64,000 nucleotides of DNA, taken from assembly GCA_036170915.1 (NCBI GenBank), contig JAVHQC010000015.1, positions 96,001 to 160,000 of the forward strand, given 5' to 3'. Source of the DNA: Cyanobacteria bacterium auto_48_18 (GTDB taxonomy: Bacteria; Cyanobacteriota; Vampirovibrionia; Obscuribacterales; Obscuribacteraceae). The number at the start of each line of letters is the position of its first letter. The first letter of the stretch is position 1. Position numbers and translations under genes: made by a program. The notes beneath the pieces are model-generated. The model was not told the origin of the DNA. It saw nothing but the letters and a program-made list of their open reading frames with translations, and searched no databases. Below, in pieces: positions 1-8,956 of this stretch.

Positions 1-1
1 T

Positions 2-124
2 TATCTCTGCAAACAAATTGCCCAGGCGCATGGTGGCAAAATTGAGTGTTTAGATTGTTCGAAGGGTACGCTATTTAGAGTTTCACTGCCCGACAAAGGC
101 GTTATTAGTCAGGAGAAACCTTGA
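2..124 (+). CDS. Sensor histidine kinase, C-terminal fragment (5' end outside window)
   Basis: Frame from nt 2 reads YLCKQIAQAHGGKIECLDCSKGTLFRVSLPDKGVISQEKP*, the typical end of an HATPase_c domain. Its TGA overlaps the TTG of the receiver gene. Not in the ORF track. Confidence 0.8.
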   Translation, partial: YLCKQIAQAHGGKIECLDCSKGTLFRVSLPDKGVISQEKP

Positions 125-525
125 ATTCAGTTGTGCGTGATATAGATGTTTTAATTGTTGAGGACGATATGCTCCTCAATAAAGTCATGACTGTGCAATT
201 AAAGCTATTTGGAATAAAGGTGCGCAATGCTTTCAACGGTGAACAGGCCTTGAGCCTGATTTCTGAGGCCGTACCAAGTCTGTTGTTACTCGATATTACT
301 ATGCCGGCCTTAGACGGGTTCGGAGTGGTAGCTGCGCTGCGCAATTCAGATAAAACTGCCTCTATTCCACTGATTGTTCATACTGCCCTTGATTTGACTG
401 AAAAAGAGAAGCTGGCTTTGACTCTAGGGCCAACAAAATTCATTACCAAATCAATTGCTTACAGCGATAAAATAATAGGGCTCATTGATGAACTAGTGAC
501 ATCGACTGCAAAAGTTGCTACTTAA
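121..525 (+). CDS. Single-domain response regulator (CheY-like receiver)
   Basis: VLIVEDD, LLLLDITMPALDG (phospho-Asp) and FITK motifs; follows a histidine kinase. Confidence 0.9.
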   Translation: MNSVVRDIDVLIVEDDMLLNKVMTVQLKLFGIKVRNAFNGEQALSLISEAVPSLLLLDITMPALDGFGVVAALRNSDKTASIPLIVHTALDLTEKEKLALTLGPTKFITKSIAYSDKIIGLIDELVTSTAKVAT

Positions 526-568
526 CAGCCCTAAGTAATATTTGCGTCGTTAAAACAGTGCCATTTCT

Positions 569-1939
569 ATGAGTACTGGAGCCTGGTTTATTTCTGCTAC
601 TTCTAAAAATCTAGCCTATTCACCGGCCAAGTTGTGGCTGGTGTTTCAGGCCATCTACTGGAAGGACATGCTTCATTCCTTCCGAGACAAAGACGTATTC
701 ATTTATACCTTTGTTGTCCCGACGCTGTTGTATCCGGTTTTGCTTCTCGGTTCGGCTGAAATTATGATGCTCAAGGCCGATGCCGACAAGGACAAAACCA
801 TTAAGTATGCCGTTGCCGCAGATTCAAAGAATGATGCAGGCATTAATCATATCGATGAAATTTTGCAAAAACGCAAACACTTTGTCAAAGTGAATAGCAC
901 CAATGTTGAGCAAGACCTCGACTCGGGAAAGATTGACGGTGTACTTTCGCGCCATCATGGCGAGGGTAGCTACGTTGAAATCAAAGTCAATAAGCTCGCT
1001 AAAATGGCATCGCTTGATGATGAAGTAAATGCTGAAACCAGTAAGGCATACAATGACGATTTGTCGAAAACTCTTACAGCAAAAGGTCTAGCCCCCGAGA
1101 ATTTGCAAGGATTTTCGGTGGAGTCTCGCAATCTGGTTTCGGAAAGAAGCAACAATCAAAAGCGCTCACCAGATAAACATGCCGGCTTGCAGTTGCGCAA
1201 GGCCAGTAAAAATTTAGAGAATATTTCCGCTACATTCGTGTTGCTTATTTTCAGTCTACTGATGCTTGGCCTGGGTGCCGCCTATCCCGCTATCGCCGTT
1301 ACTGCTGAAGAATTTGAACGCAACACCATTGAGACTTCATGCTTATTGCCCGTATCGAGATCACTATTGATGCTGGGTAAGCTATTTTCCGTTTCAACTT
1401 TTGCTCTGCTATCAGGTGTGATTAATTTTGTCAGCCTTTATGCAGTGGCGCATATGGTGCTCTCGCAAACGAAGCTATTTGCTTCCATGGGCAGCGAACC
1501 ACTGCAAATCAGCGTTAATGCTACACAGGTTGGCGGTTTAATTGCTGGCTATATGCTGGTCGGCTTATTGATATCGTCTCTATTGATCTTGGCCACCAGC
1601 TTCTGTCGCACAGTACGCTCAGCCCAGCAATGGACGACTTTTCCACTCTTTATTATATTGATTTTGCCACCTTGCGCACTGTCCCCTTCATTAGAATTGA
1701 ACGGCTATACCATGTGGATTCCGCTGATTAATTGCTCGCTTATGCTCAAAGCCATTTTCAATGGCACCGTATTTAGTGTTAATTTCCTCGTCGTTTTATT
1801 AGTGACTGTGTTAACTTGCTTGATGTCACTTGGCCTGGCACGGCTCTTTCTTTTTGAGCAAATCGATCCTGGCATCTACTTTGCCAGGCTGTGGGACAAA
1901 CTGATGAGTACAATGAGAACTGAGAGTAAGACGCCATGA
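569..1939 (+). CDS. ABC-2 exporter permease, NatB-like
   Basis: N-terminal TM, large extracytoplasmic loop, AEEFERNTIETSCLLPVSR motif, about five C-terminal TMs; coupled to the ABC ATPase. Start uncertain. Confidence 0.8.
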   Translation: MSTGAWFISATSKNLAYSPAKLWLVFQAIYWKDMLHSFRDKDVFIYTFVVPTLLYPVLLLGSAEIMMLKADADKDKTIKYAVAADSKNDAGINHIDEILQKRKHFVKVNSTNVEQDLDSGKIDGVLSRHHGEGSYVEIKVNKLAKMASLDDEVNAETSKAYNDDLSKTLTAKGLAPENLQGFSVESRNLVSERSNNQKRSPDKHAGLQLRKASKNLENISATFVLLIFSLLMLGLGAAYPAIAVTAEEFERNTIETSCLLPVSRSLLMLGKLFSVSTFALLSGVINFVSLYAVAHMVLSQTKLFASMGSEPLQISVNATQVGGLIAGYMLVGLLISSLLILATSFCRTVRSAQQWTTFPLFIILILPPCALSPSLELNGYTMWIPLINCSLMLKAIFNGTVFSVNFLVVLLVTVLTCLMSLGLARLFLFEQIDPGIYFARLWDKLMSTMRTESKTP

Positions 1940-2685
1940 AACTTCAGGTCAACCAGCTGAGTAAGCGCTTTTATGATCCCAGTCGCGGCGAATTTTTTGC
2001 TTGCAGTGATGTTTCTTTTGAAGTAGCGGAAGGCGAAATATTTGGTTTACTCGGCCCCAACGGAGCCGGTAAAACCACCACATTGAGAGTACTGGCCACT
2101 ATTCTCAAACCCACATCAGGAGCGGCACATTTAGGCGACATTGATATTTTTCGCTACCCTGATGCTGCCCGAGCTGCCCTTGGCTTTCTGTCTTCATCTA
2201 CAGGGCTTTACGAAAGACTTTCGCCGAGAGAAATATTGACCTATTTTGGTCGCCTCAATGGTGTGGCCGAGGGCGCTCTGAAAGAAAAAATTGAGCAGCT
2301 CTTCACGGCCCTCGAGTTTAGGCAATTCGCCGATGTGCGTTGCGGCAAGCTATCGCAGGGCACGCGGCAGAAAGTCTCAATTGCCCGTTCGATTATTCAT
2401 GATCCTAAATTGATGATTTTAGATGAGCCGTCAAACGGTCTTGATGTGGTAGCTACACAAGCTATGCACGCCTTTATCAGGCAGGCAAAGGCTGACGGTA
2501 AATGTATTGTATTCAGCACTCATATTATGTCTGAAGCCGAAAAGCTTTGTGATCGCATTGGTATCATCAATGATGGCAAAGTGCTAGCACAGGGCAGTTT
2601 AGCCGAATTGAAAGAGCTGGCCAGCGCCACTCATTTAGAAGATGTGTTCATGTCACTGGTCAGTCGATATGACTCAGCAAAGTAA
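1936..2685 (+). CDS. natA: ABC transporter ATP-binding protein, NatA-like
   Basis: Walker A GPNGAGKTT, signature LSQGTRQK, Walker B ILDEPSNGLD, STHIMSEAEKLCDR; flanked by NatB-like permeases. Confidence 0.8.
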   Translation: MKLQVNQLSKRFYDPSRGEFFACSDVSFEVAEGEIFGLLGPNGAGKTTTLRVLATILKPTSGAAHLGDIDIFRYPDAARAALGFLSSSTGLYERLSPREILTYFGRLNGVAEGALKEKIEQLFTALEFRQFADVRCGKLSQGTRQKVSIARSIIHDPKLMILDEPSNGLDVVATQAMHAFIRQAKADGKCIVFSTHIMSEAEKLCDRIGIINDGKVLAQGSLAELKELASATHLEDVFMSLVSRYDSAK

Positions 2686-4696
2686 GCAATTTGACTGGCA
2701 TCAAATGTGGGTTGTCTTCGTCAAAGAAATGACCGAAGGCATTCGCGATTTTCGCTCGCTTGTGCCGATGGTGGTGTTCAGCCTGTTTATCGGCCCGCTT
2801 GTGACTATCGGTCTGCCCCTAATAGCCGCTCGCGAAGTACGCCAGGCACTGCAAGAACATTATCGCGTAGCCGATATATCTCCTGGTGGTGGCGCTCTAA
2901 CTTTTTTGCAGAAGTATGATTTTCAAATTGTGCCTCTGGCTGGTGAGAGCAAAGAATCGGCTCTGGCAACAGCCAAGGTCGACACTGTGGTGGAGACTTC
3001 AATTGATTTGTCCCAAAATCAGGATCTGGTGCCTCTGGCCGGGAAAATTCCTACGATCACAGTTTACTATGATGGAACGATAGCGCGTTCGGCCAATGCA
3101 GCCACCAAGCTTGGCCGCGTTTTAGACAACTACAAAGATTATTTTGTCAGAAAACGGCTGATTCGCGCTGGTATCAATTTAGACAAACCCGAGTACGTTA
3201 TGGCCACACTGGTTTCACCTGTGGATGCCATGTGGGCTGCCAGCCCTTTCATTCAAAGCATGCTGGTTTTAATTCTAATTTTTCAGGCTTTTGTGGGTGT
3301 TATTTACCCTTCACTCGACGCCATTACCGGTGAGCGCGAACGCGGCACGCTGGAGGCGCTCTTAACCACTACTGTCAATCGGTTTAACCTGTTTCTCGGT
3401 AAACTGGCTGCCATTGCCGTCAGCTCGTATGCTGTAGTGCTCTCAACTCTGGCTGGATTCTACCTGGCCCAATTTGTCCAGACTAATGTCTTTAGCTTCT
3501 TGCCCCCTTCCATGGCTTCGATTTTAAGCCACCCACTAGCTGTCAAATTGCCCCTGCCCTGTGTCACGGTGCTTGCTCTAGTAATGCTGCCGCTCTGTCT
3601 ATCAATGGCTGCTTCAGCTATGGCCCTGGCCACATACGCGCGTACTGTGCAGCAAGCGCAGGCTTATATGCTTCCTCTAATGGTGTTAATGACTATTCCC
3701 CTGTCAGTGATGGCAATGGGTGACGTGCATCTTGATGCAACGGTGGCACTGGTACCGTTTTTAAATTCTACAATCGGCATGAACGATATTCTCTCTGGTC
3801 GGCTGGCGCTACCATACATGACGCTGTCGGCGGCTATATCGTTGCTTTATTCGATTTTACTTGTGTCAGTAGTGGCGCCGGTTATAGACAGAGAAGATAT
3901 TCTTTTTGGTATTGAAGAATCTCCCAGCCGACGTTTAAAAGAACAGAATTTCGGCAGGGAATTATTTTTACTTTACAGCACCATATTTCTTTTGATGTTT
4001 TATGTGTCGCAGAGTCTTGTGGCCAAGCATCATATTTATGGCATTGCCTTGACTCAGATATTTGTAGTTTTGGCTCCAGGCCTGTTTCTTGCTTTCTTCT
4101 GGTTTAAGCTCAATGCCAGGCAAGTGCTGTTGTTGAAGATGCCGCGTGGCGGAATTTTGACACTTGTGGGTGCGCTGATGTTGGCACCACTGACGGTGTC
4201 GGTGGCCAGTCTATTTGCCATAGCTTTTGCAAAAATGGTGCCCGCCAGTGAGGCGGTGAGTAAGCTGATGGCCGAATACATAGGTCTCAATAGTCAACCG
4301 CTCTGGTTGCTGTTGTTTGTTATCGGTGCTATGCCGGCTATTTGTGAAGAACTTCTTTTTCGTGGCGTGATTCTTTCGCTGATGCCCAAGCGATTTTCAA
4401 CCACGCGTCTGGTTCTCACTGTGGGTCTTTTGTTCGGCGCTTTTCACATGAGCCTGATGCGCTTTCTACCCACCGCTGTGCTTGGCTGTGCGCTCACTTT
4501 CTTGGCACTACGGTCGCGGTCAATCTACCCTTGTATGTTGCTCCATGCTGGGCACAATATGCTCTCGGTGCTTGTGGCGGTGATTTTGAAAGAACATCTT
4601 GAGCCCTGGCATTTAGCTCTCGGCATTACTTGTGGGTTAGTTGGCCTGGGTATTCTAATTTTCACTTTGCGATCATCTGAAGATAGTGCCTCATGA
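2669..4696 (+). CDS. NatB-like ABC permease fused to a CPBP/CAAX (Abi) intramembrane protease
   Basis: GERERGTLEALL permease motif; C-terminal EELLFRG, FGAFH and HAGHN CPBP motifs. Start taken at ATG 2669 (track start 2642). Confidence 0.85.
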   Translation: MTQQSKQFDWHQMWVVFVKEMTEGIRDFRSLVPMVVFSLFIGPLVTIGLPLIAAREVRQALQEHYRVADISPGGGALTFLQKYDFQIVPLAGESKESALATAKVDTVVETSIDLSQNQDLVPLAGKIPTITVYYDGTIARSANAATKLGRVLDNYKDYFVRKRLIRAGINLDKPEYVMATLVSPVDAMWAASPFIQSMLVLILIFQAFVGVIYPSLDAITGERERGTLEALLTTTVNRFNLFLGKLAAIAVSSYAVVLSTLAGFYLAQFVQTNVFSFLPPSMASILSHPLAVKLPLPCVTVLALVMLPLCLSMAASAMALATYARTVQQAQAYMLPLMVLMTIPLSVMAMGDVHLDATVALVPFLNSTIGMNDILSGRLALPYMTLSAAISLLYSILLVSVVAPVIDREDILFGIEESPSRRLKEQNFGRELFLLYSTIFLLMFYVSQSLVAKHHIYGIALTQIFVVLAPGLFLAFFWFKLNARQVLLLKMPRGGILTLVGALMLAPLTVSVASLFAIAFAKMVPASEAVSKLMAEYIGLNSQPLWLLLFVIGAMPAICEELLFRGVILSLMPKRFSTTRLVLTVGLLFGAFHMSLMRFLPTAVLGCALTFLALRSRSIYPCMLLHAGHNMLSVLVAVILKEHLEPWHLALGITCGLVGLGILIFTLRSSEDSAS

Positions 4697-5049
4697 AGAA
4701 AGAAATTTCGCTCTATCTATTAGCTGCCTTCTTCTGCTTTGCCGGCGTAATGCACTTTGTTAATCCCTCCCTTTTTTTAAAAGCGGTACCCTCATATTTG
4801 CCTGAGCCTATGGCTCTAGTTCTCATTTCTGGATTCTTTGAGGTGTTGGGTGCAATCGGTGTGCTTGTACCGCGTACACGCAAAGCTGCAGGCATTGGCT
4901 TAATTGCATTATTAATTGCTGTTTTTCCTGCCAATATTCATATGGCTTTGCATCCGCAGCAATTTAAGGAAATTCCACTCTATGTTTTATACCTGCGTTT
5001 GCCACTGCAATTGCTTTTGATTTACTGGGTAAAGCGCGCTACGGGCTAA
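4693..5049 (+). CDS. DoxX-like small membrane protein
   Basis: AGVMHF...P, SGFFEVLG, AVFPANI and RLPLQ motifs; about four TMs. Confidence 0.75.
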   Translation: MKKEISLYLLAAFFCFAGVMHFVNPSLFLKAVPSYLPEPMALVLISGFFEVLGAIGVLVPRTRKAAGIGLIALLIAVFPANIHMALHPQQFKEIPLYVLYLRLPLQLLLIYWVKRATG

Positions 5050-5062
5050 TTCAGTGGCCGTC

Positions 5063-5458
5063 TTATTTCAACAGAACCATGCCTGCCCGCGCAGCTTTTT
5101 TGTCAAATGTTACTGTTTTTTCGCAGCCGGAAGCGGCTGAAATGCGCTCTGTCAGGCAGTCTACGAAGTCAGTGTCAGAACTTTCGAATAATCTCAAGGC
5201 CTGCCAAACAATTTCGGCATCTTGAATCAATAATTGTTTAGTACTGAGCAAAAGTCTCAAAATCTTGACGATATCAATTTTTGCCGCTGCATAGCAGCTT
5301 TCGCTCACCCAGACCAATTCTATTAACGCAACCAAACCGATGAAACCGGGTCTGTCAGGCGAACATTGTTGCTCAATTAATCTCGTGGCCAGTGCTGACT
5401 GCACGGCATCGTCTTGGACAATATAGCGAACGAGGACATTGGTATCAAGACCAATCAC
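5063..5458 (-). CDS. vapC: Type II TA toxin, VapC/PIN domain
   Basis: MIGLDTNVLVR start, ELVWV, DFVD and TFDKK PIN motifs; overlaps the antitoxin stop. Confidence 0.9.
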   Translation of the reverse strand: MIGLDTNVLVRYIVQDDAVQSALATRLIEQQCSPDRPGFIGLVALIELVWVSESCYAAAKIDIVKILRLLLSTKQLLIQDAEIVWQALRLFESSDTDFVDCLTERISAASGCEKTVTFDKKAARAGMVLLK

Positions 5459-5691
5459 GAAGAGCCTCGCTTAATTATGGCTTGTCGCATCGCTTCTATT
5501 GATACTGGTTTGTTTGCTTTTTTTAGCAAACCCTTAAGCTCGCGTACGTCTTTGTTGGCAGGTTTGAGAGTGAACTCTCCGAGCACAGTTTCAACAAACT
5601 CTACCCGATCGCCAACGTCTAGTCCTAGCCTCTTGCGCACGCTGAGGGGAATTGTTATTTGGCCTTTACTGGTGACGGTTGAAGTTGACAA
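5455..5691 (-). CDS. vapB: Type II TA antitoxin, AbrB/MazE/SpoVT family
   Basis: STVTSKGQITIPLSVRKRLGL..GDRVEF swapped-hairpin motif; directly upstream of the PIN toxin. Confidence 0.88.
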   Translation of the reverse strand: MSTSTVTSKGQITIPLSVRKRLGLDVGDRVEFVETVLGEFTLKPANKDVRELKGLLKKANKPVSIEAMRQAIIKRGSS

Positions 5692-5719
5692 AATGCTTCC
5701 TAGATTTATGACCGGACAG

Positions 5720-5753
5720 TCCTTACATTATAGTAAGGAGAAGGTGTTGTCAA
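5720..5753 (-). promoter_or_regulatory. Probable vapBC promoter with overlapping palindromic operator
   Basis: Minus strand has TTGACA (5753-5748) and TATAAT (5732-5727) with a 15-nt spacer. The -10 sits inside the inverted repeat TCCTTAC-N6-GTAAGGA (5720-5739), as expected for TA autoregulation. Confidence 0.6.
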
Positions 5754-5823
5754 TAACTACCTGGTTCTAAGCGGCACAATGGTGCTATAAAGACGCGATA
5801 ATCAACATTCTATCGCTCGATGA

Positions 5824-7989
5824 ATGCAGGTGCTCCCATTGGCGGATTTAGATACAACCGACTTGTCTGGTTTTAACCGGCGCAAAGTTGATACGACAGA
5901 TATCGATGGATTCGGTGGGGCACCTGCCGGCGGTTTTGCCAACGGCACTATTGTTGGTGGTACGTACAAAATTTTGCAGTTTATTGGCGCCGGTGGTATG
6001 GGGCTCGTTTATAAAGTCGAGCACACGATCATGCACAAAGTGTTGGCCCTCAAAGTGCTCAAGACTGACTATCTGTCTGAGTCGGTCTGGCGTCGATTTC
6101 TCATTGAAGCGCAGGCTATCGCCAGATTGAATCACGATAACGTGGTCAAGATTTACGATATGAATCAGACCCCTGATGGTCGGCCATTCTATACGATGGA
6201 TTTAATAGATGGTGAGTCACTGGCCGACTATTTAAAGGAGCATAAGCGCTTGCCTGTAGAGCACGCTTTGCCGCTTTTTCGCCAGGTTTGTGCGGGGCTG
6301 GCCTATGCCCATGAGCGGGGCATTATTCACCGTGACATTAAGCCAGGCAATATCATGCTTATCGGGCAGGGCGGAAACACTGGTCAGTCGAAGATAAAAA
6401 TTGTTGACTTTGGCATTGCCAAAATGACGAACGATGGCAGGCAAACCATGCAAGGGCTTACCAGGCCCGGCGAGGTCTTCGGCAGCCCGCTTTATATGAG
6501 CCCTGAGCAATGCCTTGGTGAAAAGCTAGATCCGCGCTCCGACCTTTATTCGGTTGGTATTACTTTGTTTCAGGCACTAACGGGCAAACCGCCGTTTTTA
6601 GGTCGCACAGCCATGGCCACGACGACAATGCACCTTTCACAGAGCCCTCCGACCTTGAGTGCGGTTGCCGGCGATTTGAAATTTGATGCGCGCCTGGAAA
6701 AATTAGTAGCAACCATGTTGGCTAAAGCACCACACGATCGCTACTCGTCTTTAACTGAAGTGGCAAGTGAGATGCTGCTGATTGAAAAAGGTGAAGTTGC
6801 CTCCGCTAGTAGGCATGGGCAGATATCTGGAAGCCGGCCAACCATCACCAGCGCGCCTGTACAGCCCGATTTTGCTGGGGCTACGACAGAGATTGATCCA
6901 GAGTTCGTCAATGATAGCGATTCATCGTCATTGAAAAGACCAGTGGTATTACTGCTGATGGCACTGGGTATTGTGGGCCTTATGACAGTCGCGTTGCTCA
7001 CGCTGGCGAATTTCAATCAATGGTTTTCATCAAGGCCGGTGCAGTCTTCTGTTAAGACTGAAAGCAAAAGTTTGAATAGCAGCCGGTTAGATAACAGCGA
7101 AGATATCATCTTGGGAGCGAGCGTTGACCCGAAATTGCCCCCGGAGGCGCGTAAGTTTGTTGCCCAGAGAAAGAAAGCCTACTCGACTATTGAGAACGTC
7201 AACGGCACCGAAGTGCTGATTTTTAGTTTCCCCGAAAAATTTTCCATTGGCAAAATTATCAGTAGCGTTGATGGTTTCCGCAAAGAGCGAGAGGCTCAGG
7301 GAAAAGTCGTTTGCCTTAAGTCTGATCGAATTGACTTCAGGGCAAATGAAATAACCCAAGCCGTACCTGAATTGCTCAAATTTTTCCACACGAATGACCT
7401 CAACGCTTTAGAGATTCACGACATTAAGCCTCGTGCTGCGTTTTTGACATCCTGCCTTGGTCGTATGACCTCCCTTAGGGCTCTCAATCTCTCCAATTGT
7501 GCTCTGCTCGACAGAGATCTGATGGCCCTCGAGTCTCTGCCCAAATTGCGTAATTTGCAGATAGACTATTCGGGAATTACTGGTGCTGCTCTAGCAAAGA
7601 GCAAGTTACTGCCGAAATTGGAAACATTATCAATTGTGGGGATTAAAGATTGTGCACCGGTATTGGTGGCACTAAGCAAAACAAATAGTATAAAGACGCT
7701 TTTCCTTGATCGTTGTAAGCTTGCCGATGCTGAAATAGCAGATATTGCGAAGCTCACTAGCCTGGAGCATCTTTCGCTTAAGTGGGACGGTCTTACTGAT
7801 TCGAATCTGGCAAAATTGACTGTGTTGAAGAATTTAACTGAGATCAATGTCTACGGCAATAACCTTACACAGGTCAGTCAGTACACCTTGAGCAAATTTC
7901 CACTTTTGCGAGATAGGCTTCTACCCGTGGCTAAAAAGGGAGAGGCTGATTGGGGCCGCAACCGTGATACTAATGATTTGAAGTTGTGA
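5824..7989 (+). CDS. Hanks-type Ser/Thr kinase with TM segment and C-terminal leucine-rich repeats
   Basis: GAGGMGLVY, ALKVL, HRDIKPGN, DFG and YMSPEQ motifs; hydrophobic TM; LxxLxLxxN/C-type repeats. Confidence 0.92.
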   Translation: MQVLPLADLDTTDLSGFNRRKVDTTDIDGFGGAPAGGFANGTIVGGTYKILQFIGAGGMGLVYKVEHTIMHKVLALKVLKTDYLSESVWRRFLIEAQAIARLNHDNVVKIYDMNQTPDGRPFYTMDLIDGESLADYLKEHKRLPVEHALPLFRQVCAGLAYAHERGIIHRDIKPGNIMLIGQGGNTGQSKIKIVDFGIAKMTNDGRQTMQGLTRPGEVFGSPLYMSPEQCLGEKLDPRSDLYSVGITLFQALTGKPPFLGRTAMATTTMHLSQSPPTLSAVAGDLKFDARLEKLVATMLAKAPHDRYSSLTEVASEMLLIEKGEVASASRHGQISGSRPTITSAPVQPDFAGATTEIDPEFVNDSDSSSLKRPVVLLLMALGIVGLMTVALLTLANFNQWFSSRPVQSSVKTESKSLNSSRLDNSEDIILGASVDPKLPPEARKFVAQRKKAYSTIENVNGTEVLIFSFPEKFSIGKIISSVDGFRKEREAQGKVVCLKSDRIDFRANEITQAVPELLKFFHTNDLNALEIHDIKPRAAFLTSCLGRMTSLRALNLSNCALLDRDLMALESLPKLRNLQIDYSGITGAALAKSKLLPKLETLSIVGIKDCAPVLVALSKTNSIKTLFLDRCKLADAEIADIAKLTSLEHLSLKWDGLTDSNLAKLTVLKNLTEINVYGNNLTQVSQYTLSKFPLLRDRLLPVAKKGEADWGRNRDTNDLKL

Positions 7990-8068
7990 GCGACTAGTAA
8001 GTCTGAATTGGGCGAATCGTGTCACATGCTGATTTAATAGGAAGAGCGACTAAAAGGAGAGTTTGACT

Positions 8069-8227
8069 ATGAGCGAAGCTTGTTGCCCACCTGAGTGCTG
8101 CGATAGCAAAGACTGTGAACCATGCAAAGGCTGCGACTGTTGTTGCTGTTGCTGTAAAGATTACAAAGAGGGACAAAAGTGCTCTTGTAGTCCTTCTAAG
8201 CCATGTGCCACACAAGCGAAAAAATAA
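8069..8227 (+). CDS. Small Cys-rich metallothionein-like protein (52 aa, 16 Cys)
   Basis: AAGGAG ribosome-binding site upstream of ATG 8069. Translation MSEACCPPECCDSKDCEPCKGCDCCCCCCKDYKEGQKCSCSPSKPCATQAKK*. Fills the gap between convergent genes; below the ORF-track size cutoff. Confidence 0.75.
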   Translation: MSEACCPPECCDSKDCEPCKGCDCCCCCCKDYKEGQKCSCSPSKPCATQAKK

Positions 8228-8247
8228 AGGTTAAGTAGACGAGAGAA

Positions 8248-8949
8248 TCAATTTTCACTTCTTTTTACTGTATCAGGCACCAAAAACAAACCATATCCGA
8301 CGCCGTGTACATTGCGAACTACTGAAGGTTGTCCTGGTAGATCGAGCTTTTGTCTTAAACGTTTGATGCAGGTGGTCAGAGCCTCAGCTGTGGCTTCAGA
8401 GTCACTCGACCAAACGCGCAGAAGCAGTTCGTCGGTGACAAATAACCTTTTCGGATTGCGCATCATAAATTGCAGCAGAGCAAATTCTTTTGGCAGCAAG
8501 CGAACTTCTTCGCCGTTGCGTTTGACCACAAAATTATCAGGATCGAGTTCGATGTCGCCATGTTTAAGAATGGTCGGTAGCATGGCTTGTGGACGACGCA
8601 GCAGAGCTTTTACTCGAGCTGATAATTCTTTGCCATGAAAAGGCTTGGTGAGAAAATCATCAGCGCCGGTTTCGAAGCCTTCCAACTTGTCTTCCATGGC
8701 TCGTTTGCCTGTTAAGATCAGCACCGGTGTCATGGCACCCTGAGCACGAAACGAGCGCAAAATGTCCATACCAGAGACGCCGGGCAGACCCAAATCGAGA
8801 ATGACCAATTCATATTCGAAGATTTGTAGGCGCTCGAGGCCTTCGTTGCCGGTTGGCACCACTTCTACCGTGTGGTGATCGAAAGAAAGCCATTCTTCTA
8901 TCACGGCGGCAAATTCAGCATCGTCTTCAACTACTAAAATTTTGGCCAT
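8248..8949 (-). CDS. OmpR/PhoB-family response regulator
   Basis: KILVVEDD, LDLGLP and GADDFLTKPF motifs; winged helix ending VRNVHGVGY. Confidence 0.93.
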   Translation of the reverse strand: MAKILVVEDDAEFAAVIEEWLSFDHHTVEVVPTGNEGLERLQIFEYELVILDLGLPGVSGMDILRSFRAQGAMTPVLILTGKRAMEDKLEGFETGADDFLTKPFHGKELSARVKALLRRPQAMLPTILKHGDIELDPDNFVVKRNGEEVRLLPKEFALLQFMMRNPKRLFVTDELLLRVWSSDSEATAEALTTCIKRLRQKLDLPGQPSVVRNVHGVGYGLFLVPDTVKRSEN

Positions 8950-8956
8950 TCAGGTC

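Noticed and set aside
7994..8215. Track ORF on the minus strand (73 aa, hydrophobic, TATATT)
   Set aside because: It is the antisense shadow of the Cys-rich plus-strand ORF, which has a much better RBS and a coherent composition.
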